This document shows positions 1 through 12,250 of a DNA stretch of 64,000 nucleotides, piece by piece (the stretch's first letter is position 1; every line of letters begins with the position of its first letter). This DNA is from Octopus sinensis (lineage: Eukaryota). The notes under the pieces were generated by a model. It did not search any database, was not told the origin of the DNA, and was given only the letters and a program-made list of their open reading frames with translations. The position numbers and the translations under genes were made by a program. The stretch spans positions 119,412,001 through 119,476,000 of the forward strand of contig NC_043001.1 of NCBI RefSeq assembly GCF_006345805.1. Reading direction: 5' to 3'.

Positions 1-294
1 GAAATACAAAGTCGACTGCGGTGGAATTTGAACTCAGAATGTAAAGACGTTTCGCGTTCTTTTACAGGACTTAGAAAGCTGAACGACTGCTGCAATAAGT
101 GTGTGTAAATTTAACAGCAGAACATATTGAATAAAATCATAATTATTAACTGATCCTCCTGTATAGGAAATACAGGAACGTTTAAGCACGCCCTCGTAGA
201 AAGGACTATCTCCCCTATGATATCTGAATACCTGGGTTACACAAAGTTTTATTTATTCAATCCTGGTTTCACAGTAACTACTATACTCGAAGTG

Positions 295-595
295 GAGGCA
301 CATGGCCTAGTGGTTAGAGCAGCGGACTTGCGGTCCCAAGGATCGCGGGTTCGAATCTCAGACCGAGCGATGTGTGTGTTTATGAGCGAAACACCTAAGC
401 TCCACGCGGCTCCGGCAGAATGTAATGGCGAACTTCTGCTGACTCATTCGCCACAACTTTCTCTCACTGTTTCCTCCTGCATCTTACAGCTCACTTGCGA
501 CAGCCCGGCGTCCCGTCCAGGTGGGGAACCTATACGCCAGGGAAACCGGGAAACCGGCCCTTATGAGCCAGGTGTGACTCGAGAAGGAACAAACA
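295..595 (+). mobile_element. tRNA-derived SINE (family S0) with target-site duplication
   Basis: tRNA-like head with A box TGGCCTAGTGG and B box GGTTCGAATC, a CORE-like middle (tgtgtttatgagcgaaacacctaa), a GC-rich body and an (AAAC)n-type tail. Flanked by a 15-bp imperfect direct repeat, actatactcgaagtg (280-294) and actatacttgaaatg (596-610). Confidence 0.85.
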
Positions 596-624
596 ACTAT
601 ACTTGAAATGCTGGCTTAGTTTTT

Positions 625-865
625 ATTTGATGTTACCTATTAAATAGACCTATGATCAAAATCCATTACAACCGTGACCATCCTGACTTTCCTAGACTCG
701 ATCAACTTGGAAGCACATTATCCGACGGTAGAAAGCCTACCATCTTGTTTTCATACAACAGACTCATAATTCTTTTTTCTTCTAATGAGATAGGGTATAG
801 TTTGAGGGAGATTTAGTTGCTCTTTCTAATAAGCCGAGTGACTGTGCTAAGGACTTTCTCGTTAG
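625..865 (+). repeat. Old dispersed repeat family A (representative copy)
   Basis: Shares gacctatgatcaaa...ccgtgaccatcc and gatttgagggagattt(a/g)g(c/t)tgctatttctagc...gaccac blocks with copies near 19615-19795, 24330-24535, 26480-26590(-), 29250-29420, 29995-30150, 32420-32570(-), 38085-38275, 41790-41945, 47790-47960, 48140-48330(-), 48415-48590, 52270-52455 and 52700-52910. Confidence 0.7.
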
Positions 866-1034
866 AGCGAATTTTTGACATTTGATTATTGTCAGTGAGG
901 TGTCTTCATTGCCACAATTGAGGCGATTGACACCGTTTATTTATTATGCCTTCAACAAAAGAAAAAAATGTCTAATTTTTTCACGAAGAAACAGAACTGC
1001 ACTTAGGGAATGAACAACTACACAGGAATTAATT

Positions 1035-1107
1035 CATACATACATACATACATACTACATACATACATACATACACACATACATCCATACATACATACAT
1101 ACATACA

Positions 1108-1138
<31 letters not shown>

Positions 1139-1140
1139 CA
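1035..1140. repeat. (TACA)n microsatellite
   Basis: Direct tetranucleotide repeat. Confidence 0.95.
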
Positions 1141-1214
1141 ACATATATATAATGTACTGTTCCGTGATAGAAAGATCGGCAAAAAGTACTTCATCTGGTG
1201 AAAGATAAATATAT

Positions 1215-1379
1215 AAATATTCTTTTCTACTCAAGGCACAATGCTGGAAATTTTGGCGGGGGGGGCAGTCGGTTTGATCGACCCCAGTATGCAATTGGTA
1301 CTTAATTTATCGACCCCGAAAGGATGAAAGGCAAAGTCTACCTCGGTGGAATTTAAACTCAGAACGTAAAGACAGGCGA
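1215..1379 (-). mobile_element. SINE family S1, 5'-truncated, with 18-bp TSD
   Basis: Matches the reverse complement of the S1 copy at 44872-45190 (ggtacttaatttatcgaccccgaaaggatgaaaggcaaagtc). TSD is ctggtgaaagataaatat (1195-1212) and ctggtgagagataaatat (1380-1397). Confidence 0.85.
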
Positions 1380-1963
1380 CTGGTGAGAGATAAATATTAT
1401 TTATCTAAAGGACAACAAACTAAAAAGATTGAATAAATAAAAGACGGAAAAGCTGAGAAGTTAGCAGGTAGAAAATAAGATGATGAATGGCGTTTGCACA
1501 TCAGGCAGAAGGGGTTCAGAACAAACTGTTTTAGCATATCTATTTGCTCATTAAACAAAATATTCTAAAATCTATTTTCTACAAGTTAGCAGCTCTCAAC
1601 GATGATAAATCAAACGAAACATCATGTCATGTATGCACATGCACTAATCGTACTATGGTGAAGTAAATCTAGCAATAACAATTCAAGTTATAGTATTTTA
1701 AAAAATTGTTTAGCAGATATCCAGATATTGGAGAAAACATATTTCTTGAGAATGTTGAAATTGAGGCGGTTTAAAGGAAAGCAAGTGTGGAATTTGTGTT
1801 CATAACGAAATATAATATTGCCTGACATAAACGGGAAGGAATCTTAAAAACAACAAAAAACATAGACATACTCACAAACATAAGCATACACAAACACATA
1901 AATAGAAGTCTATATACACATGTGTATGTGAGTGTATGTGTGTACTTTGTATGTATGTATGTG

Positions 1964-2170
<207 letters not shown>

Positions 2171-2462
2171 CCAGCTCCACTACACAAAGAATATTAACTC
2201 GGGGAAACAGGTGAGCTGATGGGAAAGGCTAGTGAAGCTCTACTCTCTAAGAAAGAAGTGAAGCTCTACTCTCTAAAGAGAAGGCGAGAAAGTATGCAGT
2301 GATATACATATGGAAGTATGCAATGAAACAAAACTTGACTTAAACAGGATTTAGATAATCCTATCAGGTGGTGCTATTAAGTTAGACATGGCCTGGACCA
2401 ATCTTTGGTCGAAACATATCTAAGTTTTATCTAAGTTTTATATATATATATACATACAAAGA

Positions 2463-2508
<46 letters not shown>

Positions 2509-3101
2509 CACATATATATGCCCACCTATATATTCTTATATCAGTATGTATTGCGTTGGGGTTTTTTCCCCTTTTTGTGACAAGAGGAAACCCAGAAATG
2601 TGCTAAAAGTGCTTGATACACCTTTGTGTAGAGTATCATACGATACATATATTTATAATATATGAGAAAAACAGCATGATACGTATTTGCAAAGGTTTCG
2701 TTGAATCTGTATATTTGTTGATTGCATTCTTTTGCAGATGATTTCTTCTTCAGCAAAATGCTGATCGAGCAGGTTATGGTTAGATGTGTGAGTATGTTTA
2801 CCTTGAATGTATGAATAAATATGCGTATATAATATACAGGAGTGCGCGCGTGCGCATGTGAAAGGCATTGAAGATCGTAGTGGCCTGAAATTCGAGTCGA
2901 GAGATAAATTCATAACGTCAAATTCTATAAAAGCCATATCCTCTACATGTATTGAGCACTCCTTTCTTATTCGTTCGACATTAGACAACATATATACACG
3001 TGAGCACGCACACAAATACACACACACGCACACATGTACACGTACACTCATATATATATATATATATATACACGCATATATGTATACACGCACACACACA
3101 T

Positions 3102-3135
<34 letters not shown>

Positions 3136-3816
3136 TGTGTGTGTCTGTGCGCGCATGTGTATTATACCTTATCAAACTTGCGAAAAGAAACGTCTACGCC
3201 AAACGAGAGTTATGCCAACGGATATTTTCTGTACTCTCCAGATATTATCTTCCTGTTTGTGCGTCTGTGTAACTATAGGCCTTTTTTAGTTACATAGTTC
3301 TGTGCACTTAAACGTGTATGAGTCAGTGTTCGCCGTGTATATTCGAGTAAGGACAGGGGAAAAGAGAGAGTGTTGGTTGATCAAAAAATCTGATAAATAA
3401 TTATTGCTTGTCACGGGCACATTGACGAGAGTCTCACACACCTCACGTGACATCCTGTTCAGGTTCCGTTGTGAAGTGGTTCTGTCAAATTTGTCTTAAT
3501 GCTATCCAGCATAATAATCGTCAGGAATGATTTCCGTATATCGTGTTATCTGCAAGAATATATACGTGTGCATATATGTGTATTGAGAGTAGGTGTGCGT
3601 GCATATATTTATTATATGATATGATATGATACGATATAATATGATATATATATATATATATATATACGTATATATATATTTGTCCCTGCATACACATATC
3701 TATGCGCTCGTGTGTACCTGCGTATGTTTGTGTGCATTTATATATATATATATATGCCTTTTATAGTATATGATATATATGTGTGTGTGTGTGTTTGTAT
3801 GTATGTATGTATACCT

Positions 3817-3900
<84 letters not shown>

Positions 3901-3981
3901 CATATATATATATACATACATATTTATATATATATATATTATATATACATATCTTAGATATATAAGCGTATATATATTTCA

Positions 3982-4025
<44 letters not shown>

Positions 4026-4239
4026 TGTGTGAATTTTCGTGTGTGCACGTTGAGTTACAGCAATAACAATTTTGCATTAAATTGAAGGGTCAAGCCATAC
4101 TTTTTGTAGAGTATATATATATATCATAATTCTACAAGAAGAGTGGTGACTATCGTTTCGAATTTTTGGCCTTCATATATATTTTGTGTTAAGGCACCAT
4201 TCGTATGTATGTGTGTGTGTGTACGTGCTTGCCTGAGTT

Positions 4240-4442
4240 ACTTCGTTTACGTTCGGTTTTTTCATGCCCCATAACCAAGCAGTTTGGCCAAAGAAACTAT
4301 TAGAATAAGTATTAGACTTTCGAAACAAGTATCAAGGCTTTAAGAAAAAGTAGTAAGCACTGATGTCGATTTGTTATACTAAACATTTCAACGCGGAGCC
4401 CTATCATGGCCGCAGTTCTATAACTAAAACAAAAGATAAAAG
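4240..4442 (+). mobile_element. SINE family S2, 3' fragment (old)
   Basis: Degenerate match to the S2 3' half (ccccataac...tagaataagta...gtcgatttg...catggccgcagt...aaaagataaaag). Confidence 0.65.
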
Positions 4443-4475
4443 TGACGCATATGCATACATACATACAAACATACA

Positions 4476-4885
4476 CTCTTTTACTCTTTTACTTGTTTCA
4501 GTCATTTGACTGTGGCCATGCTGTAGCACTGCCTTTAGTCGAGCAAATCGACCCCGGGACTTATTCTTTGTAAGCCCAGTACTTATTCTATCGGTTTCTT
4601 TTGCCGAACCGCTAAGTTACGGGGACCTATACACACCAGCATCGGTTGTCAAGCGATGTTGGGGGGACAAACACAGACACACAAACATACCCAGACACTC
4701 ATACACACATACATATATATATATGTAAACATATACGACAGGCTTCTTTCAGTTTCCGTCGACCAAATCCACTCACAAGGCTTGGCTCGGCCCGAGGCAA
4801 TAGTAGAAGACATTCGCCCAAAGTGCCACGCAGTGGGACTGAGCCCGGAACCATGTGGTTGGTAAGCAAGCCACTCCTACGCCTA
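4476..4885 (-). mobile_element. tRNA/CORE-type SINE family S2 (octopus OR-like)
   Basis: The reverse strand has ggttccgggctcagtcccactgcgtggcactttgggcgaatgtcttctactattg (CORE-like domain), an internal (TA)/(TG) tract and a (GAGTAAAA)n tail. Confidence 0.85.
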
Positions 4886-4892
4886 CATATAT

Positions 4893-5030
4893 TTACTCTT
4901 TTACTCTTTTACTCGTTTCAGTCATTTGACTGCAGCCATGCTGGAGCACCGCCTTTAGTCGAGCAAATCGACCCCGGGACTTATTCTTTGTAAGCCCAGT
5001 ACTTATTCTATCGGTCTCTTTTGCCGAACA
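4893..5030 (-). mobile_element. SINE S2 3' fragment, near-identical to 4476-4610
   Basis: About 135-bp repeat of ttactcttttac...gcctttagtcgagcaaatcgaccccgggacttattctttgtaagcccagtacttattctatcgg...gccgaac. Confidence 0.85.
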
Positions 5031-5269
5031 TATACATATGTTTGTCGCTTTGTATTTACATTTTTCTTTTTATTATTTTGATAGTATGCATACGTGTAGT
5101 TTTACATTTGTACATCACAGGTGGTTAACGATCTCAGTGAAGTCTTCTAATAAGCATTCTTGTAACTGCCATGTGTCACCTAGAGATCAGGCGTCTGTTC
5201 GACAAATAACCGCATGTGGATATTTTATGATGGATATTTTGTATTGCTTTCAAACTTTAATCCGAGACC

Positions 5270-5458
5270 AGCCCTTTCGGAGGAAAAGTTCAGTCGGTTA
5301 CATCAACCAGTGTTCAACAGGTACTTATTTTATCGACCCCGCAAATATGAAGGAAAGTTGATCGTGGCGGTATTTGAACTTAAAAAAAGTGAAGTCGGAA
5401 GAAATATTGCTAAGCATTCTTTCTTTCAGGAGCGGTAAATATTCTGTTCGTCGCCTTA
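5270..5458 (-). mobile_element. SINE S1, degenerate
   Basis: Contains ggtacttattttatcgacccc...gaaggaaagttga...tttgaact and ends in cgcctt. Confidence 0.7.
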
Positions 5459-5513
5459 TGGATATTTTATACTGATAAGTAAAGTTAAAGTTTTAAGCTC
5501 AACCACTCACACA

Positions 5514-6088
5514 TTAGTTATCTCTGATAAAGATCCGTTGAATCAGTTTCTTGCCTTGATTAATGGACAGACAAATATGTACAATTTCTGCTTCACTAAT
5601 TCCAGAAAACTGCGCTTTGATCTGTAACAAGATAAGAGTTTCAGGAACACTTGATGGAGTGTCTGGTCTTATCTTGTCACATACAATAGTCGAAGAAAAG
5701 GAACGAAAAATCCGGTTGTCTTCAGTAACAATAAATAGTACTTTATTCTTCGGGTTCACAGGTTAAATATATATATATTTCTTAAGGATGAACCGGCAGC
5801 CAAGTCCACAGGACTGTACACAAATGTTCACTCGGGTGAGCCAAGAAGATAGGGTCTCCGTTGCCGCTTTCAAGAGAGCTCCTCTATGCGTAGGGTTTTC
5901 CCTGAGAGAAGTTTTAGTTACGTCCGCTCGTTAGGGCTGCTCTTCCGAAAAGGAAGATTTAGCGGAGACACTTTCAATTTGCAGTTCCTGCGCATGCACA
6001 TGAGGGAACTTCCGGCGCCTACCGGAAGTAATCCAACTCTGCGCATGCGTGCTGAAATTTCCACAATAGCGTCACTACAGATCGAATG
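5514..6088 (-). mobile_element. Probable 5' UTR and ORF1 start of a LINE (I/Jockey-like), 3'-truncated
   Basis: The minus strand starts CATTCG (initiator-like, 6088), has a GC-richer UTR, then a non-repetitive ORF at 5514-5759 (NPKNKVLF...EAEIVHICLSINQGKKLIQRIFI) reminiscent of LINE gag/ORF1 N-termini. The family assignment is inference. Confidence 0.45.
5989..6049. promoter_or_regulatory. Symmetric NRF1-ETS-ETS-NRF1 motif cluster
   Basis: TGCGCATGCA 5989-5998, ACTTCCGG 6008-6015, CCGGAAGT 6022-6029, TGCGCATGCG 6040-6049. Confidence 0.6.
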
Positions 6089-6114
6089 CTACATCTTTAA
6101 AAGGAATTATTTTC

Positions 6115-6825
<711 letters not shown>

Positions 6826-7469
6826 ATACCTTTTTCTGAATATCTTTTGTACGTATTTGGAAGTTATGTTAATGGTATAACACCATTTATTTATTGTGAC
6901 GCATATTCTCCATTATATACAAAACATAACTGCTTTGAGAAATCTTGTTTGCAACACGTAGGTTTACTAATAGTTCATAAGCATAAATATTTGTATGTAT
7001 ATGTATGTGTCTGTGTGTGTGTGTGTGTTTGCGTATGCGCGCGGGTACATTTAAACAAACGTGTTAAGCATATTACATTTCAAAACTGCTCGAGACTTTG
7101 GAAGCTGAGACTGTGGAAGTGTTATCTTGTATTAAATTTAATAACTAACTGTCTGCATGCCCGTACACTTCTATACTTATTACATGTACTAGTGTTGATC
7201 ATATATGTAGGTAGGTAGATTGGCAGGTAAGAACACAAAAATCGATTAGAAGAAGGAAATATCATAAAATATTTTCAACCTGTGTAATCAGCGCCTATAT
7301 TTGCGAAATGAAATCGAACGAACTGAATGTGATACGTAACCATTTCAATAGCAATGTTGGCTTTCACAGAAAGAAAGATGGACACTCACAAAGAAATGGA
7401 ACGAAGCAGTAGACGGAAAATGGTGTTAGAGATGGTGCGAGCGATCAGGAAACGTTTATAGAAAGTAGT

Positions 7470-7509
<40 letters not shown>

Positions 7510-7684
7510 TGTTTGTTTGTGTGTGTGTGCATGTATATGTTTATATGTATATGTGTATGTATGTATGCTTTTATGTATTTATGTATGCATGTATGTATAT
7601 ATGTATATTACACATACTGATAGGCACATTCGAAAAATAATGCATGTGCATCTAGTTATAAGATTAGAAATATAGACCAGTGAA

Positions 7685-7771
<87 letters not shown>

Positions 7772-8280
7772 TTACCTATCTACATACTTATCTATCTATC
7801 TATTTATCTATCAATATATCTATCTATCTCTCTACTCACACACATACACACATACACATATTAATGTACATGGAGAAGGAAAAAAAACATTAACAGCTAC
7901 ATATAGATGGACATAAAATTAGAGCCAAAACAGGTGTGTGAACGGGAGAGGGAGAAGAAGCGGAAGAGATATAAAGAGAGCCGTGGGAGGGGTACTGAGA
8001 TATATATATATATAGACAGCTAGGTAGAGAGATTAATTACAAGTTTTATGTTATATGAAAAGAAATGTGAAAGATATTTGATGAGTGTCAAATGCATTCA
8101 TGTGTTCTCTGTACATGTGTCTGATTATATCGACATACAGTTCTGCATTTACAAGTAGCAGCTACTCGTATTCTAAATGAAACTCTGTATATGTATCAGT
8201 GTCTATGATTGATTGGCTATGCCTATATGGTGACAATTATGCATATATATATGTATATATATATATATGCATATATATAT

Positions 8281-8472
8281 GTACCGTTGGCGATTTTTTT
8301 CCCTCTGTCTTCCCTTCTCTGGATCTTTCCTTCTCCTATGTTTCCGAGGAAGAGCTCCGCTCGAAACGTTAAACCCTCCTTCTTTCCTTCTTTCCTGAGC
8401 GTCCAATAATACTATATTTGTTCCACGTTCTCGCGTTGTTGTGTTTTTTTGTGCTTTCTTGTTTGGATTAAC

Positions 8473-8473
<1 letters not shown>
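8281..8473 (+). mobile_element. Short PLE-type terminal-repeat element in (TA)n carrying a minimal hammerhead
   Basis: About 190-bp pyrimidine-rich insert between TA tracts with an HHR-like motif at 8340-8374. It shares ttcc(t/c)gagcgt...taatac with the element at 55885-56072(-). Confidence 0.7.
8340..8374 (+). ncRNA. Minimal type-I hammerhead ribozyme motif (U4>C variant)
   Basis: GTTT-CCGAGGA-A-GAGC tcc GCTC-GAA-ACGT-T-AAAC: stem I GTTT/AAAC, stem II GAGC/GCTC, palindromic stem III ACGT. Confidence 0.65.
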
Positions 8474-8546
<73 letters not shown>

Positions 8547-8555
8547 ATATAGATA

Positions 8556-8801
8556 GAATACAAAGGAGTAACAGAGAGAGAGAGGAGAAATGGGAAGACA
8601 GGAAAAGACGTCAACAAGAAACTATGGCATTACAACCAGCCAGGAACAGTCTTCGCTACATTTGCAGTACCTGCCAGAGGGAGTGTTTGTCCAGGATAGG
8701 ACTACACAGCCACAGCAGGAAATGTATCAGGACATGAAATGTAAAAGCCGGACTAGACTACTTTATGCGCAACTCCATTGTCTCCCGAGACAAAAGGATG
8801 C

Positions 8802-8807
<6 letters not shown>
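8556..8807 (+). mobile_element. 5'-truncated 3' end of the RTE LINE (second copy)
   Basis: About 250 bp matching 11912-12190. Encodes YICSTCQRECLSRIGLHSHSRKC and ends with a TGTCTC-CC-GAGACA stem-loop and a short CAA tail. Confidence 0.92.
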
Positions 8808-8859
<52 letters not shown>

Positions 8860-8873
8860 ATTATATATATATG

Positions 8874-8910
<37 letters not shown>

Positions 8911-8933
8911 TATATATATATGTATATATATAT

Positions 8934-11900
8934 AAAGTCAAGAAAACACCAGTTCTGCGGTTGGCAAGCTGGAATGTCAGGATCATGTGTCCTGGAATAT
9001 CTGATGATCTTCTCAGGATTGAAGACACAAGGAAAACGGCCATCATTGACCGTGAACTAAAGAGGCTCAACATAGATATTGCTGGGCTGCAGGAGAAAAG
9101 ACTTGCCTCAAACGGCAAACTCAAAGAGCAGGACTTCACCTTCTTTTGGCAGGGAAGAGATCCAGAAGAACCTCGTCAACATGGCGTTGGCTTTGCAGTG
9201 AGAAACTCACTACTCTCCTCAATAGAACCACCATCGGGAGGCACTGAGCGTATCCTCTCACTCCGCCTCTCGACTTCTTCTGGCTCAGTACATCTACTCA
9301 GTATCTATGCCCCCACTCTCTACAGCTCAGAGGAGACCAAGGACCAGTTCTACAAAGATCTCAACTGTGTCATAGAAAATATACCAACGACTGAAAATAT
9401 CTACCTTCTAGGGGATTTTAACGCTCGCGTGGGATCTGACCATGATTCGTGGCCCATTTGTGTTGGACACTTTGGTATTGGCAACATGAATGACAATGGT
9501 CAGAGACTACTCGAATTCTGCACATACCATAACAAGCCATCCCACAAGGCATCTTGGAGACATCCAAGTTCTCACCACTGGCATCAGCTGGATCTCATCA
9601 TTACACGGAGATCCTTTCTGAATTCTACTCTATTGACCCGCAGTTACCACAGCGCGGATTGTGACACAGACCACTCACTAATTAGAAGCAGGGTGAGGAT
9701 TCTGCCTAAAAAAGTCCATCGCTCCAAGGAAGTGGGCCGCCCACGCATCAACACCTCCAGAACCTCGGACCCTACACTGCGAAAATGTTTTGCTGCTTCT
9801 ATCAAGATTGCCCTCAGTAGCTGCCCAACCTCCTCTGCTGGAAGTAGGTGGGACTATATCAGGGAAGCCTTGTATACGACATCATTGGATACTTTCGGCA
9901 TGAGAGAAAGGCAAAACCCAGATTGGTTCAATGCTGGGCTCTCAGAGCTAGAGCCAGTTATTGAAGCAAAGCGTGTAGCTCTGATGCAATACAAGAGTGA
10001 CTCTTCTACAAAGTCACTCGAAGAACTCAGAAAGGCACGAAATAAAACCCAACTGACAGCCAGACGCTGTGCAAATAGGTATTGGCAGGAAATCTGTCAG
10101 AGTATCCAGTCAGCTGCTGACAGGGCCGACACCCGTGGGATGTATGCCGGTTTGAAGAAGGCCCTCGGTCCATCCGCAACCAAGTCAGCCCCTCTGAAAT
10201 CAACTACTGGAGATCTCATCAGGGATCAAGGCAAGCAAATGGATAGATGGGTGGAGCACTACCAGGATCTCTACTCACGGGAGACCACAGTGGCTGAGGC
10301 TGCAGTCGAGAGTGTCAAGATCTTGCCAGTCATGTGCGAACTTGACAGTCCGCCATCTATAGCAGAGCTCACCAAGGCTGTTGACTCCTTAGTAGCAAGA
10401 AATAAGGCTCCGGGAAAAGACGGCATCCCCTCAGAGATCATCAAAGCCGGCAAAAACACCATCCTGCTTCGGCACCTTCATGAGCTTCTGTGTCAGTGCT
10501 GGGAGGAGGGTACAGTCCCTCAGTATATGCGGGATGCCAACATCATTACGCTCTACAAAAACAAAGGTGACCGTGGTGATTGTAACAATTACCGTGGCAT
10601 ATCCCTTCTAAGCACTGTTGGAAAGACCTTTGCCCGCGTTATCCTGGCCAGGCTACAACTACTTGCTTCTCGAATCTATCCGGAATCGCAGTGTGGCTTT
10701 AGAAGAAGCAGATCAACTATCGATATGATATTCTCCATACGCCAACTTCAGGAGAAGTCCAGAGAGCAGAAAATGCCATTATATATGGCCTTCATTGGTC
10801 TAACAAATGCTTTTGACTCGGTAAGCAGAACAAGCCTCTTCCTTCTGCTCCAAAAAATCGGATGTCCACCAAAGCTGCTGAGGATCATCAAGTCTTTCCA
10901 TGATGACATGCAAGGCACCATACAGCACAACGGTTCAACATCAGTCGCCTTCCAAATAAAAAACGGGGTAAAGCAAGGCTGTGCCTGTGCTCCTACATTA
11001 TTTGGCATCTTCTTCTCACTCTTACTTTCACATGCCTTTCAGACATCAGATGATGGAGTGTTTCTGCACAGTAGAAGTGACGGGAAACTGTTCAATCTCT
11101 CGCGCCTGCGTGCCAAGACCAAAATCAGAAACGTCCTGATCAAGGAGATGTTATTTGCTGATGATGCCGCTCTGGTAACACACACAGAAGAAGCCCTCCA
11201 AAGGCTCATTAACTGTTTTGAGCAAGCATGTAACGACTTTGGCTTAGCTATCAGCCTTAAGAAGACCAACATCATGGGCCAGGCTACATCGGTCATCCCA
11301 AACATACATATTGGAGACCACAGATTACAAGAGGTGGAGAAGTTTACCTATCTGGGCTCTACCGTCACCTACAACCTATCCCTTGACGCTGAGCTCAATA
11401 TACGCATTGGCAAGGCAGCTACTGCGATGGCCCAGCTCTCCAAAGGGGCTTGGGACAATAATAAGCTGACCAAGACCACGAAAATGAAGATTACCAGGCA
11501 TGTGTACTCAGCACTCTACTGTATGGAAGCGAGACTGGACGCTATACACACGCCAAGAGCGTCGCCTAAACATCTTTCACCTGCGCTGCCTCCGAAAAAT
11601 CCTCCGCATCAAGTAGCAGAATCATATCCCCAACAAAGATGTCCTCAGGCAAGCAGGAATACCAAGCATGTTTGCACTCCTCACACAAAGACGTATGAGA
11701 TGGCTTGGGCATGTTAGCCGTATGAAAGATGGCAGAATTCCCAAGGACATACTCTACGGAGAACTTGCTAGGGGTACTAGGTCTGTGGATAGACCGATCT
11801 TACGTTACAGGGATGTTTGCAAAAGGGATATGAAGGCCTGCAACATCAATATTAGCGGTTGGGAGGCAGTTGCCGGCAACCGTGGAGAATGGCGACGTAC

Positions 11901-11949
11901 AGTAAAAGAGGGAATACAAAGGAGTGACAGAGAGAGAGAGGAGAAATGA
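8934..11949 (+). pseudogene. RTE endonuclease-reverse transcriptase ORF (disabled)
   Basis: APE motifs LASWNVR, GLQE, GVGFAV, IYAPT, LGDFNARVG, LDLII and DTDH. RT motifs KAPGKDGIP, NYRGISLLS, ESQCGFR, GVKQG, FADD and FTYLGS. Lesions: AFIGLTNAFD instead of AFIDLTKAFD, a deletion of about 10 aa after CTYHN, a frameshift near 11490-11515 (continued by ORF 11668-11949, RWLGHVSRM) and a premature TGA at 11947-11949. Confidence 0.93.
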
Positions 11950-12190
11950 AAAGAAAGGAAGAGACGTAAACAAGAGACTATGGCACTACAACCAGCCAGG
12001 AACAGTCTTCGCTACATTTTCGGTACCTGCCAGAGGGAGGGTTTGTCCAGGATAGGACTACACAGCCACAGCAGGAAATGTATCAGGACATGAAATATAA
12101 AAGCCGGACTAGACTACAAAAAAAAACAAAAAAAAAAACATGCGCAACTCCATTGTCTCCCGAGACAGAAAGGATGCCAATACAATACAA
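8934..12190 (+). mobile_element. RTE-clade non-LTR retrotransposon, near full length, 5' UTR missing
   Basis: Single APE-endonuclease plus RT ORF, a short 3' UTR with a stem-loop and (TACAA) tail, embedded in (TA)n. Confidence 0.95.
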
Positions 12191-12250
12191 ATATATATAT
12201 ATGTATATATGTATATATATATATATATATTATATATATATATATATATA

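Noticed and set aside
295-365. tRNA gene
   Set aside because: A and B boxes are present but there is no proper acceptor stem, and the sequence continues into a SINE body with tail and TSD.
2382-2423. Hammerhead-like GACCAA/TTGGTC-GAAA with TTAGA/TCTAA stem
   Set aside because: The CUGANGA core is missing, so it is at best an eroded remnant. The same applies to similar traces near 4150, 49080 and 55770.
5791-5835. Group I intron P6-like string GCAGCCAAGTCC...GGAC...GTTCAC
   Set aside because: No P7 (GACUA/UAGUC) or other core elements; probably chance.
8778-8933. N-terminal extension of the 979-aa ORF
   Set aside because: A TTG start inside the upstream RTE 3' UTR reading through (TA)n. Real homology starts at about 8934, and the frame depends on unstable repeat length.
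8556-12190. LTR retrotransposon (direct repeats flanking a pol ORF)
   Set aside because: The repeats are the RTE 3' end, separated from the ORF by TA. There are no TG..CA ends, PBS or integrase, and the ORF is APE-RT.
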